Below are positions 42,401 to 50,620 of a DNA stretch of 64,000 bases, piece by piece. The notes under the pieces were generated by a model. It saw only the letters and a list, made by a program, of their open reading frames with translations, was not told the origin of the DNA and ran no database searches. The translations under genes were made by a program, and so were the position numbers. Numbering within the stretch: the stretch's first letter is position 1; the number at the start of each line of letters is the position of its first letter. The DNA comes from Verrucomicrobiota bacterium (GTDB taxonomy: Bacteria; Verrucomicrobiota; Verrucomicrobiia; Limisphaerales; UBA9464), in NCBI GenBank assembly GCA_017309115.1, contig JAFLEF010000023.1, positions 23,502 to 87,501 on the forward strand, in the 5' to 3' direction.

Positions 42401-44541
42401 CTGTTCCATCGGCCGAATCCCAGGCGCGGGTTCGCTTATTGGCGGGAACCCGGCGGGAAGACGGTTCCTTCGCGGTGGCGGATGGAGTAACGGCCGCGGT
42501 CACGACTGACTTGAAGGCTCCAGGAGCAGAGTTGATCTCTGTGGGGTTCAGCGGAGCTCCCCTGGATCGGCATGCGTTGCGTTCTTCGATCTCCGAGGAT
42601 GGCGAACGAGTAGTGTTCCACACGCTGGCTGACCACGTCATTGCGACGGATCGAAACGAACATTCCGACGTTTTCCTGCGGAGTCGGGCAACCCGAACAA
42701 ATACCGCGGTGAGCGCTCAGCGTGGGGGAACTCTGGGAAATGATTGGAGCATGGGCGGACAGATCAGTGCCGACGGGCGCCTGGTGGTGTTCAGTTCTTT
42801 TGCGAACAATCTGGGAGCCGACGGCAACTTTATCTGTGATGTGTTCGTCAAGAATCTGGAGACCGGAACCGTGGAGTTGGTGAGCCGACGGGGAACGACG
42901 TTTGGAGACTTCAACAGCGCTGAAGCGGGGGATGCGTCGATCAGCGCCGATGGCCGGTGGGTTTGCTTTTCGAGCCACGCGCTCAATTTGGTAACGGGCG
43001 ATACCAATCGTGCGGGTGACGTTTTCCGGGTGGACCGGACCGAGGCTGGGGCCCCGCCGCGAATCATCTCCCGCGCCCCCGATGGTACCTTGGGTAATGG
43101 GGTCAGCTTCCTGCCGTATCCGTCGTCGGATGGTCGCTGGATCGTGTACTCGAGCCACGCCAGCAACCTTTCGGGTTCGCCCGACACCAATCAAACTCAG
43201 GACGTCTACCTTTGGGATGCGGGAACGGGTGCAAACACCCTGGTCACCCGGGCTGCTGATGGAACGGCGGCGGCGGGGAATTCGGAAGCGCTCAGTATTT
43301 CCGACGATGGCCGGTGGGTCACTTTGTTATCGGACGCTCCCAATCTTCCCGGCGGGCTGACAGATTCCGCGCCGCACTTCTATTTGTGGGATCGGGAAAC
43401 CGGCGGGGTGGTGGCTGCGGAGCAACTCCGTAGTGCGGAGGAAAAGGACTTTGTTCCTACGAGTCTATTGGTGCGAACCGACGGCGACTGGCTGGTTCTG
43501 GCCCTGCGTCGGCGCGTGTCAGTGGGCGGAGGGGAACGGCTCGAAACCCGACTGAACCTGCTTCAACGAAGCACCGGGCGGAGAGTAATCGTGGCCCAAG
43601 GCGCGCGTGGAACCGGGGTGATCCCCGGAGGATTTAGCGAAGTCCTGATCAGTGATTCCATCCTTATTCCCTATGGACAACGTGCCAACAACCGAGGCCG
43701 TTATCTGATCTTCAACGGTGAAGGCCGCGAAGGACGAGCGTTTGTGGCTCAGGCCTATTTGTATGATCGGGCGGAGGCGGAAGTGAGGTTGGCGGCGGGT
43801 CGAGGTGGTTCGACGCCGCGAACGGTGGATCTGGAGGATGCGAATGCGGCATGGCGGGCGGTCCAGGTGTTGGTGCAGCCGGGCGTGCCGGCACCGTTCC
43901 AACTGGTTTTGGGGAATCCGGGTGAATTTGGCGAGACGATGAACCTGACGGCGGGAGCCCTGGGATCGATGACTCTGGAACTGCGCCGGGCCGACGAAGC
44001 GGGCGAGCCACCTTTGAGTTTGCCAGCGAAGGTGCCCGTCCAAGCGGGGACACAGGCGTGGCTTAAGGGAACACTGACAGTGCCGGTGGGAGCGGAACTG
44101 GCGGCGGTGGAACTGACGTTGCAATCGCAGCTCAATGCGACGGTGTGGGAACGGGTGCGTTTGCAGCCGGTGTTGGACTCCGACGGGGACGGGTTGGCGG
44201 ATGCCTGGGAGCAGACGCACTTCCGTTCGTTGCTGCTGGCAGGGGCTGATACGGATTCGGACGGCGATGGGCAGTCGGATCGGGAGGAGTTTCAAGCGGG
44301 GAGTGATCCGACGAAGAGCACTGAACCGTTCCGAGTGAGTTTGGAAGAAGTAGACGGGAAAGCGCGGCTGCGCTGGCCGGTGGTAACGGATCGGTTTTAC
44401 ACGGTGCAGCGGAGTGGAGGTCTGGAGCAGACCTTTGAGCCGAGCGCGGACGGGATTCGGTGGCTGGAGGGCGGGCTGGCGGAGTATGTCGAAGTGCCCG
44501 AGGCCAACACCTTCTACCGTGTCGAGGTGGATCTGCCGTAG
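39484..44541 (+). CDS. Secreted subtilisin-like serine protease (S8) fused to two PD40/TolB-like beta-propeller regions, TSP3-like Ca-binding repeats and a C-terminal '...FYRV' module
   Basis: Signal peptide MKNLLSVLSLFAALGGAPGSVA. Catalytic triad motifs: VFDTGID (Asp 39970-39972), HGHGTHVAG (His 40135-40137), GTSMATPH (Ser 40630-40632). At least 10 repeats of type S.DGR.VAF.S.A.NLV.GDTN...DVF..D lie at about 40915-41920 and 42585-43420. DSDGDGLADAWE / DTDSDGDGQSDREEF lies at 44171-44310. The protein ends ...TFYRVEVDLP. Confidence 0.9.
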   Translation: MKNLLSVLSLFAALGGAPGSVADSPVPEQVLVKLKSNPSTRVSRSAVETVQQLLPGATYEGPLTADGWHQLTLPTGTTMTQALAELELSADVEYAEPNLRYALLQPARSSGGTMTEANRRVAPAAGEPTDPLFPRLYGLRNIGVPQAWQHSPGSNTVVIAVFDTGIDYTHPDLAANMWRNPGEIPGNRIDDDRNGFVDDVFGANVVNNTGDPIDRHGHGTHVAGTIGAVGHNGQGVIGVNQNVQLLAVRVARDYDGAFAGDLVRGLDYLTALKKRGVNLVAVNHSWGGIWPNRALIEAMGRLSAVGVVNAIAAGNSREDHSIVPKFPNEYNLPGIITSGAVDSEDHLSDFSDFGIHTVDVAAPGVFIWSTLPGNRYAAWSGTSMATPHLTGSVGLLYSVRPDLTPEQVKYLLMNTVDPLPEFDRGRVRSGGRINVGRAVQWLVEGKPLPTTFTRPEIPALTVTSVSRTPAGFDANEASSAPALSRDGRFVAFVSRASNLVPGDTNTLADVFLRDRQEGTVTRVSQTAEGRQADGSSTLPAISGDGQWVAFVTAARSLVPEDTTALKDIVLWQRESGALQWISRSEVGETSGNSDFPSLDFTGQRVVFQSNVRLVDGDTNGVLDVYLFDQPSGKLEVISRTQTGESAEGSSSGPVISSDGRWVAFLSSSSQLVEGDTNQVADAFVRDLSTGVTELVSRSSIGDLVDQAVTRVRISGDGRYVAFQTAARTLEPLPAGSGVQVYLRDRQEGRTWRVSKSAEVGALTGTTALEGISEDGRWVIFRSNSSQLPPGAGSVVQRVFGYDRLVDDVVALSYSDSGQPASAVPEFLGVSDIGISEAAISGNGGSIAQTTLGWNLAPGDGNAAPDIFVSDRASLSLDLSVRAVGESRETGRGVVGPAIVQYHAQSLRGQESGSVELRLINRGVSQPEPRVRIESAPPGVTWSWPAGTVAEGDGVFRLPPLAAGAGTTWTVQIPVPSAESQARVRLLAGTRREDGSFAVADGVTAAVTTDLKAPGAELISVGFSGAPLDRHALRSSISEDGERVVFHTLADHVIATDRNEHSDVFLRSRATRTNTAVSAQRGGTLGNDWSMGGQISADGRLVVFSSFANNLGADGNFICDVFVKNLETGTVELVSRRGTTFGDFNSAEAGDASISADGRWVCFSSHALNLVTGDTNRAGDVFRVDRTEAGAPPRIISRAPDGTLGNGVSFLPYPSSDGRWIVYSSHASNLSGSPDTNQTQDVYLWDAGTGANTLVTRAADGTAAAGNSEALSISDDGRWVTLLSDAPNLPGGLTDSAPHFYLWDRETGGVVAAEQLRSAEEKDFVPTSLLVRTDGDWLVLALRRRVSVGGGERLETRLNLLQRSTGRRVIVAQGARGTGVIPGGFSEVLISDSILIPYGQRANNRGRYLIFNGEGREGRAFVAQAYLYDRAEAEVRLAAGRGGSTPRTVDLEDANAAWRAVQVLVQPGVPAPFQLVLGNPGEFGETMNLTAGALGSMTLELRRADEAGEPPLSLPAKVPVQAGTQAWLKGTLTVPVGAELAAVELTLQSQLNATVWERVRLQPVLDSDGDGLADAWEQTHFRSLLLAGADTDSDGDGQSDREEFQAGSDPTKSTEPFRVSLEEVDGKARLRWPVVTDRFYTVQRSGGLEQTFEPSADGIRWLEGGLAEYVEVPEANTFYRVEVDLP

Positions 44542-44629
44542 GTGAGGTTCGGTAAAGCCTACCCGGTCACGGTCACAAACGGTGTGACGTTGGACAGCGT
44601 TTCCCGAAGTAACCGATAGAACGGATGAT

Positions 44630-47350
44630 ATGAACACCTTTCGGAACTGTGCCTGGGGAGACTCCCTCCGCAATCTGCGGCGAGTATTGGTCTTGGTCGG
44701 ACTCATGATGGCGCCCCGCTTGGTAGCGGCGGTGCCTCCGCCCCTGGCGCTTTGGACCTTTGACAGAGACGCGCGGGACCAAATCGGTTCGTTGCATGGC
44801 GAGTTGGTAAATGGCGCGGTCATTCGCGAGGGGCGCCTCGTCTTGCGGACGCAGGGTGCGGCGCTCCTCACGGACACTCTGGCGACGAATCTGACGGAAA
44901 AGACGGTGGTGCTAACCGTCCGACCTGCGGACGCCTACTATGAACGTGGGCGGCTGTTCACGGTATCTGAGAACTCCGCCGTTTTTGATGGAGTGTCGTT
45001 TGGATGGGACATCATGGGTGCGTGGGGCGAGGGACAGTTTTGGTCGGCGGACAATGAGGAGGGAGGGGCCTTCTGGGAGAACTCACCCGAGCCTGATCCC
45101 GACACTCTGCTCCATGTGGTCGCGGTCTATGACTCGGGCGGCGGTGTCACTCTGTATCGGAATGGCAAGCCATTCATCGCGCGCATGCAGATTCGTTCAC
45201 GGGCTCACACGTTTCCCGCTGGGCAAACCCGCGTGATAATCGGCGAAATGGAGTCCACCTTCCGCGGCGAGATCGAGGAAGCAGCCTTGTATGACCGGGC
45301 GCTGACGGCAGCCGAAGTGGCGGAGTTGGGGACTTCCCTCAGTCCTTCGGTCGCACGAATGTGGAACCTGGAATTGTTGAAGGCCATTCGGATCGACACG
45401 CCGCATCCACCAGTGCATGCGCGCAATCTCTTCACGCTCTCGGCGGCGATGTATGATGCGTGGGCGGCCTACGATCCGGTTGCGGTGGGATTGTCGTATC
45501 GGAGGAAACACACTGCGCGAGATGTGGAGGCGGCCCGCGATGAGGCGATTAGTTATGCGGCGTACACGGTGCTGAGCGAACGCTTCGCCAATTCACTTCG
45601 GGGGGCCGAAACGCTTCTCTCCCTGCGCCGCCGAATGCAACATCTCGGATTCGACCCCGACAGGACCTCGGTGGATCTCAATTCGCCAACGGGCGTCGGG
45701 TTGGCGGTGGCGACGTCGATCAGTCGCTGGTTTCTGAACGACGGTTCACGCCAGACGGAGGGCTATCAGGACGTCCCTGCTTCGGCGGGAGGGTATGTCC
45801 CCACCCAGCCGCATCTGGATTCGGTGGCCACTGGCGTCGGGGGATTGCAGGATGTGAATCACTGGCAGCCGTTGATCTTTACGGAGGTGGTTCCGGCGGG
45901 TCAGAATGGCTCGATCGTGATCAAGCGGGATCAGAGTTTTCTCGGTGCCCATTGGCTGGGAGTCCGACCGTTCTGCTTGGTGCGCGACGATCCCCGGCGA
46001 CCTTGGATGGATCCGGGGCCTCCACCGCAGTTTGGCGGTCCGACGGAAACGGAGTTTCGCTCGAATGTGGTGGCGGTGATTCGGGCGAGCTCGGAATTGA
46101 CCCCTGGTGACGGAGTGATCGTGGATATCTCACCCGCGGCACAGGGGAACAATCCGTTGGGGCTGAATACGGGAAAGGGGCACACCCGGAATCCCGTCAC
46201 CGGCAAGCCCTATGCGCCGAATCTCGTCAGGCGGGGAGACTTCACCCGGGTTCTGGCAGAGTTTTGGGCGGACGGTCCGCATTCGGAGACGCCCCCAGGG
46301 CATTGGAATGTATTGGCCAATCAGGTCACGGATTCCCCGGGTTTTTCCCGACAGATTGGCGGTGTTGGACCTGTCCTGGGCAAATTGGAATGGGATGTTA
46401 AACTCTATTTCAGTCTGAATGCGGCGGTGCATGACGCGGCTTGTGCGGCGTGGTCACTGAAACGGTACTACGATGGTTGGCGTCCGCTGGCGGCGGTGCG
46501 GTATCTCGCGTCCCTAGGGCAGAGCAGTGATCCTCATCTACCCAGATACCATCCTTCCGGCCTGCCTCTGATACCGGGACTGATAGAACTGACGACGTCC
46601 TTTTCGGTTCGCGTCGAGGGTCCTCATGCTGGTTTGGCGCCAAACCAGATCGCGATCCGGGCGTGGTCGAGTCCGGAAGTGAGTGATTTCGGAGGGATCC
46701 ATTTCAAGGGAGTGTCATGGATCGATGCCCAGACGTGGGTGCCGTATCAGCGGAAGTCTTTCGTAACCCCTGCCTTTCCGGGATACATCTCCGGACACAG
46801 CACCTTCAGTCGGGCCGCAGCAGAGGTTCTGACCGAGTTTACCGGCTCGGCCTTTTTTCCGGGAGGCATGGCGACGCACACAGTGCCGGTCGGAGGCCTG
46901 GGTTTTGAGCCAGGACCTGCGGCCGACGTTCAGTTACAGTGGGCGACTTACCGGGATGCGGCTGATCAGGCCGGGCTTTCGCGGATCTGGGGAGGGATTC
47001 ACCCGCCAGCGGATGATTTCCCGGGACGTCGGGTTGGAGCGCAATGTGGACAACAGGCGTGGGCGCTGGCCCGGCAGTATTTCGACGGCTCCGTGGCCAA
47101 CCAACAGATTGTGGCGACATTGGAACCGGTGGATACCGATCGGGCGAATCTCCGGTATGGGACGATTCGGGGCTTGTACTACCAAGTAGAGTCAGCTTCC
47201 GAATTGAACGGGCCCTATTCGCCGATTGCGGAGGTGCCATTTCGGGCCGAAGACGGAGTGGGGCGGGAACTACTGACTATCTCCTCCACACAGCGCTGGT
47301 TCCGCGTCACTGCTTGGCTATCTCCGCTGGGTTCCGACCAAGGTCGCTGA
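44630..47350 (+). CDS. Secreted LamG (concanavalin-A-like) domain + vanadium-dependent haloperoxidase / PAP2 acid-phosphatase-like domain protein with a C-terminal '...WFRV' module
   Basis: LamG-type signature FRGEIEEAALYDRALTAAEVAEL (about 44740-45330). PAP2/VHPO motifs: WRPLAAVRY, PPGHWN, YISGHSTFSRAAAEVL (46784-46831) and SRIWGGIHPPADD (about 46978-47016). C-terminal QVESASELNGPYSPIA...RWFRVTAW. Confidence 0.75.
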   Translation: MNTFRNCAWGDSLRNLRRVLVLVGLMMAPRLVAAVPPPLALWTFDRDARDQIGSLHGELVNGAVIREGRLVLRTQGAALLTDTLATNLTEKTVVLTVRPADAYYERGRLFTVSENSAVFDGVSFGWDIMGAWGEGQFWSADNEEGGAFWENSPEPDPDTLLHVVAVYDSGGGVTLYRNGKPFIARMQIRSRAHTFPAGQTRVIIGEMESTFRGEIEEAALYDRALTAAEVAELGTSLSPSVARMWNLELLKAIRIDTPHPPVHARNLFTLSAAMYDAWAAYDPVAVGLSYRRKHTARDVEAARDEAISYAAYTVLSERFANSLRGAETLLSLRRRMQHLGFDPDRTSVDLNSPTGVGLAVATSISRWFLNDGSRQTEGYQDVPASAGGYVPTQPHLDSVATGVGGLQDVNHWQPLIFTEVVPAGQNGSIVIKRDQSFLGAHWLGVRPFCLVRDDPRRPWMDPGPPPQFGGPTETEFRSNVVAVIRASSELTPGDGVIVDISPAAQGNNPLGLNTGKGHTRNPVTGKPYAPNLVRRGDFTRVLAEFWADGPHSETPPGHWNVLANQVTDSPGFSRQIGGVGPVLGKLEWDVKLYFSLNAAVHDAACAAWSLKRYYDGWRPLAAVRYLASLGQSSDPHLPRYHPSGLPLIPGLIELTTSFSVRVEGPHAGLAPNQIAIRAWSSPEVSDFGGIHFKGVSWIDAQTWVPYQRKSFVTPAFPGYISGHSTFSRAAAEVLTEFTGSAFFPGGMATHTVPVGGLGFEPGPAADVQLQWATYRDAADQAGLSRIWGGIHPPADDFPGRRVGAQCGQQAWALARQYFDGSVANQQIVATLEPVDTDRANLRYGTIRGLYYQVESASELNGPYSPIAEVPFRAEDGVGRELLTISSTQRWFRVTAWLSPLGSDQGR

Positions 47351-47446
47351 TTATCTGGAGAGGTGTTCCCGTCGCCTTGTGTTCGTGAAGTGGGCCGCTT
47401 CTGTGGCGTTGAGTGGGCAAGGCTGTCCTCAGGCAGAAAACAAAGC

Positions 47447-47489
47447 GGCGGGCCGGAGCGCACACACGGTTTCGCGCTCGCGGCCCGCC
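47447..47489. terminator. Long imperfect GC hairpin between convergent genes
   Basis: GGCGGGCCGGAGCGC ... GCGCTCGCGGCCCGCC (one bulge). A second small hairpin CCGCCC-AAA-GGGCGG follows at 47492-47506. No canonical U-tract in either orientation. Confidence 0.4.
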
Positions 47490-47671
47490 GTCCGCCCAAA
47501 GGGCGGAAAACCAAAAAGCGGTGAGGTTAGGCCAGAGAATCTCAGCTTGCGGTAGGGATCTCGGACACGCGAAAAGTGACGATTTGTTCGCCGGATGCCA
47601 CTGCGAAGTTGGAAACTTTTGAATGACGACTTCGGAGCGGGTTTATAGGGAACCGGAATCGGTCCGTTGAA

Positions 47672-48421
47672 TCATCGCGGAACGGTCAATGGCTCCAGCA
47701 GACGAAACTCAATCAGCTCACCTTTGGAAATTGTGGCGGTGTCGCCGGAAGAAAGCGCACTGGCGCCAGCCCCGACAGCGGCTCCCCGGCCAGCGCCTCG
47801 ACCTCCGCCAAAAGCGGCACCGACGCCTGCTCCGACGGCGGTGGTGGCCGCGGTATTGCCGGCTGAGCCGGCGCCGCGAACGCGAAAGTCGCTGGTAACA
47901 ATCGATCGTAGGGTTCCTTGGATTTCGATTTCGTTAAGTCCGATCTCCAAATGAGAGGCGCCCGTCAAGCGGCCGGCCTGTCGAGCTTCTTCCACCCGAC
48001 CAAACAATCGAGTTCCTGCCGGGGCAACGAGGATTCCATCGACGCGCAGATCGCTGTCTAGGCGAGCCCCAAAACGACGGCCGGCCGAATTGCGGGAAGA
48101 CAATGTGTCGGACATGCGAACCAAAAGGGGTATCCCGGCAGGAACAGTAATTGTAGTAGGAGCCGGAACGGCGGGGGCAGCGGGGGCGACTGGCGCTACG
48201 GGCGCTACCGGGGTGGGAGTCGATTGGGCGAGAGTCAACGCCAACACATCGGCCGTTGGGAATTCCATTTCAACGGTGCCAATCCGAAATCGCATCGCTT
48301 GCGCCGTAGAGCCTAGGAACGTTCCGTTGAGGACAGAACCGTCCTTAAGCTCCAAAACATCTGAACGACTGAACACGATACTGAATGCTAGGGCGATGAT
48401 GATCGCGAATGACCTTCTCAT
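47672..48421 (-). CDS. Secreted hypothetical protein with a P/A/V-rich linker and a C-terminal glycine-zipper-like segment
   Basis: Signal-like MRRSFAIIIALAFSIVFS, with ATG at 48421 (the ORF-track start is 48475). Linker PTPVAPVAPVAPAAPAVPAP. C-terminal GAGSAGNTAATTAVGAGVGAAFGGGRGAGRGAAVGAGA. I recognise no family. Confidence 0.6.
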   Translation of the reverse strand: MRRSFAIIIALAFSIVFSRSDVLELKDGSVLNGTFLGSTAQAMRFRIGTVEMEFPTADVLALTLAQSTPTPVAPVAPVAPAAPAVPAPTTITVPAGIPLLVRMSDTLSSRNSAGRRFGARLDSDLRVDGILVAPAGTRLFGRVEEARQAGRLTGASHLEIGLNEIEIQGTLRSIVTSDFRVRGAGSAGNTAATTAVGAGVGAAFGGGRGAGRGAAVGAGASALSSGDTATISKGELIEFRLLEPLTVPR

Positions 48422-48602
48422 GGCCGAGCGGCTACACGAACGACCAGTCATTTTCAATGCTGATTTTGAACTCACCCAATGTCGGGCCTTCGCGGCTCGA
48501 TTTTTTTCAGGTCGTCAATCCTGAAACCCATCCAATGATCATCCGACCGCAACAATTCAGGTTCCTTCGGCGGTGGTCCTCGCTAGGTTTAGCGCCCGAC
48601 GA

Positions 48603-49664
48603 ATGAAGCAGAAAGCCTACGCCGCCGCTGGTGTCGACATCGACCTGGGTAACCAAGTCAAGAGCACCCTTCCCCACCTCCTCGCGTCCACTCACCGCCG
48701 TGAGGTCCTCGGCAAGGTGGGTGGGTTTGGTGGGCTCTTCGCGCTCGATACCAAAAAGTACCGACAACCGATTCTCGTTTCGTCGGTCGATGGGGTCGGA
48801 ACCAAGCTCAAGCTGGCCTTCGCCATGGATCGCCACGACACCATCGGCGAGGACTTGGTCAACCATTGCGTCAATGACATTGCCGTTCTTGGGGCCGAAC
48901 CCCTCTTCTTTCTCGATTACCTCGGGACGGGGAAACTCCAGCCGCACGTCTTTACCGATATCATCCGTGGCTTCGCCCGGGGCTGCGCCGCCAACGGCTG
49001 CACTCTGATCGGCGGCGAAACCGCGCAAATGCCCGGGTTTTATCAGGCCGGGGAGTATGACGTGAGTGGCACCATTGTGGGCGTCGTGGAGAAGTCACGG
49101 ATGCTTAACGGCCAAAAGTCCGTGAAGCGTGGCGACGCTGTCATCGGAATCACCTCAAGTGGTCTTCACACCAATGGCTACTCCCTCGCCCGCAAAATCT
49201 TCTTCGAAACTCTGAAGCTCAAGCCGAGCAGCAAGGTAGCGGAATTGGGCACGACGATCGGGGATGAACTGCTCAAGGTTCACGTGACCTATGGCCCGCT
49301 GGTTCAGTCCCTCCTCAAACGCTTCAATAAACCCACCGGCGCGCGTCCGCCGGGAATCAAGGCCTTTGCCCACATCACGGGTGGCGGCTTCGTGGACAAT
49401 ATTCCGCGGACGCTTCCGGCCAAATGCGACGTCGTCATTCGCAAAGGCTCGTGGGACATGCTACCGGTCTTTCAAATGATCCAGGCGAAGAGCGGCGTGG
49501 ACGAGGCTGAGCTCTATCAGGTGTTCAACATGGGCATTGGCATGACCGTTACGGTGGCCCCGGAGGTGGTCGACGACGTGCTCGCCGCCATTCGCGCCAC
49601 CCGGCTCAAGGCGTGGTTGATTGGCGAAGTGGTTAAGGGTACGGGCGAATGCCGCGTCGTTTGA
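48603..49664 (+). CDS. purM: Phosphoribosylformylglycinamidine cyclo-ligase (AIR synthetase)
   Basis: YAAAGVDIDLGN, GGFGGLFAL, LVSSVDGVGTKLKLAF, HDTIGEDLVNHCVNDIAVLGAEPLFFLDY, GLHTNGYSLARK. ATG 48603 (MKQKAY...) is preferred over 48573. Confidence 0.95.
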   Translation: MKQKAYAAAGVDIDLGNQVKSTLPHLLASTHRREVLGKVGGFGGLFALDTKKYRQPILVSSVDGVGTKLKLAFAMDRHDTIGEDLVNHCVNDIAVLGAEPLFFLDYLGTGKLQPHVFTDIIRGFARGCAANGCTLIGGETAQMPGFYQAGEYDVSGTIVGVVEKSRMLNGQKSVKRGDAVIGITSSGLHTNGYSLARKIFFETLKLKPSSKVAELGTTIGDELLKVHVTYGPLVQSLLKRFNKPTGARPPGIKAFAHITGGGFVDNIPRTLPAKCDVVIRKGSWDMLPVFQMIQAKSGVDEAELYQVFNMGIGMTVTVAPEVVDDVLAAIRATRLKAWLIGEVVKGTGECRVV

Positions 49665-49739
49665 TTCGGAGGGCGCGGAACACCTCCCAATCACTCGCCG
49701 TGCTTCCGTCTCGCGTCCCTTCAGGGTAGGCTGATCCGC

Positions 49740-50600
49740 ATGCCTGAGTTGGAAGCACCGCGAATAACGAAGTGGCCGTTCCTTCTGGCCGACGCCCTGT
49801 TGGTCGGGGTGGCCGGCTTTTTGATTCTCACCGCGACTTGGCCCCTGAGCCGATGGGAGATCATGGGAATAGTTCCCTGTGTTGTCGTGGGGTGTTGGAT
49901 AGGTTTGATTCCCTTCCTTCGAGAACACCACGCCGCGGTGAAGCTTTGGGAACAGGCCAACCTGGCGGAGGCGGCGCGTCAGTTGGCAGATGTAGGATCG
50001 GTCGCCGAACAGATGAAGCTGGCGACGGCGCAATGGCAGAACATTCATGACGTTGCCACTCGGGCGGCTCAGACCTCCACAACGGCTGTCGAGAAGGTTA
50101 CGGCCGAGGCTCGAGCTTTCACCGAGTTTCTAGGCCGAGCCAATGATCAGGAGAAAGCCGCGCTCAAACTAGAGCTCGAGAAGCTGCGTCGCGGCGGTAC
50201 GGAACATGTGCAGGTGATCGTTCACATTCTGGACCACGTGTACGCGCTCTACCAAGCAGCGCGGCGCAGTGGGGTGCCTGGGGTACAGGCCCAATTGACC
50301 CAGTTTCGGGGCACCTGTTTGGACGCGGCCCGACGCGTGGGATTGTCCTGCTACGAGGCACAGCCCGGCGATGTTTTTGATCCCCAAGTGCATCAGTCTC
50401 CCGACGGTCAAATCCCGACGCCGGGCACCCGCATTGAGGGGACGGTGGCGTGCGGCTACACCTACCAAGGTCAGCCCGTCCGCCGCATCTTGGTCTCGGT
50501 ACAGCGGGAAGCGCCCGTGGTCACGGAGGCGGTGGAGGTCCCGACGGAAACCCATCTGGAACTGCCTCTGGAACCCGAGCCGGAAGAGCGCCCGAGCTGA
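49740..50600 (+). CDS. Membrane-anchored protein with a C-terminal GrpE-like domain
   Basis: Two N-terminal hydrophobic helices (WPFLLADALLVGVAGFLILTA; IMGIVPCVVVGCWIGLIPFL), then a coiled-coil-like middle. The C-terminus ILDHVYALYQAA...LTQFRGTCLDAARRVGLSCYEAQPGDVFDPQVHQS...GTVACGYTYQGQPVRRILVSV parallels the GrpE dimerisation/beta-domain pattern (l.v.D.l..Al....G...i...l...L...Gv..i...G..FDP..H.A.......GY...g..lR.a.V.V). Confidence 0.6.
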   Translation: MPELEAPRITKWPFLLADALLVGVAGFLILTATWPLSRWEIMGIVPCVVVGCWIGLIPFLREHHAAVKLWEQANLAEAARQLADVGSVAEQMKLATAQWQNIHDVATRAAQTSTTAVEKVTAEARAFTEFLGRANDQEKAALKLELEKLRRGGTEHVQVIVHILDHVYALYQAARRSGVPGVQAQLTQFRGTCLDAARRVGLSCYEAQPGDVFDPQVHQSPDGQIPTPGTRIEGTVACGYTYQGQPVRRILVSVQREAPVVTEAVEVPTETHLELPLEPEPEERPS

Positions 50601-50620
50601 TCCTGGGACCGGATCCGGGG

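Noticed and set aside
42436-44877. Antisense ORFs 42436-43194 (252 aa) and 43519-44877 (452 aa) opposite the S8 protease gene
   Set aside because: They lie opposite clear PD40, TSP3 and FYRV coding sequence, and have R/P/H-rich composition.
47492-47506. Small hairpin CCGCCC-AAA-GGGCGG as an intrinsic terminator
   Set aside because: No U-tract follows it in either transcription direction. The A/T run lies on the wrong side for the minus-strand gene. It is noted only as part of the structured convergent intergenic region.
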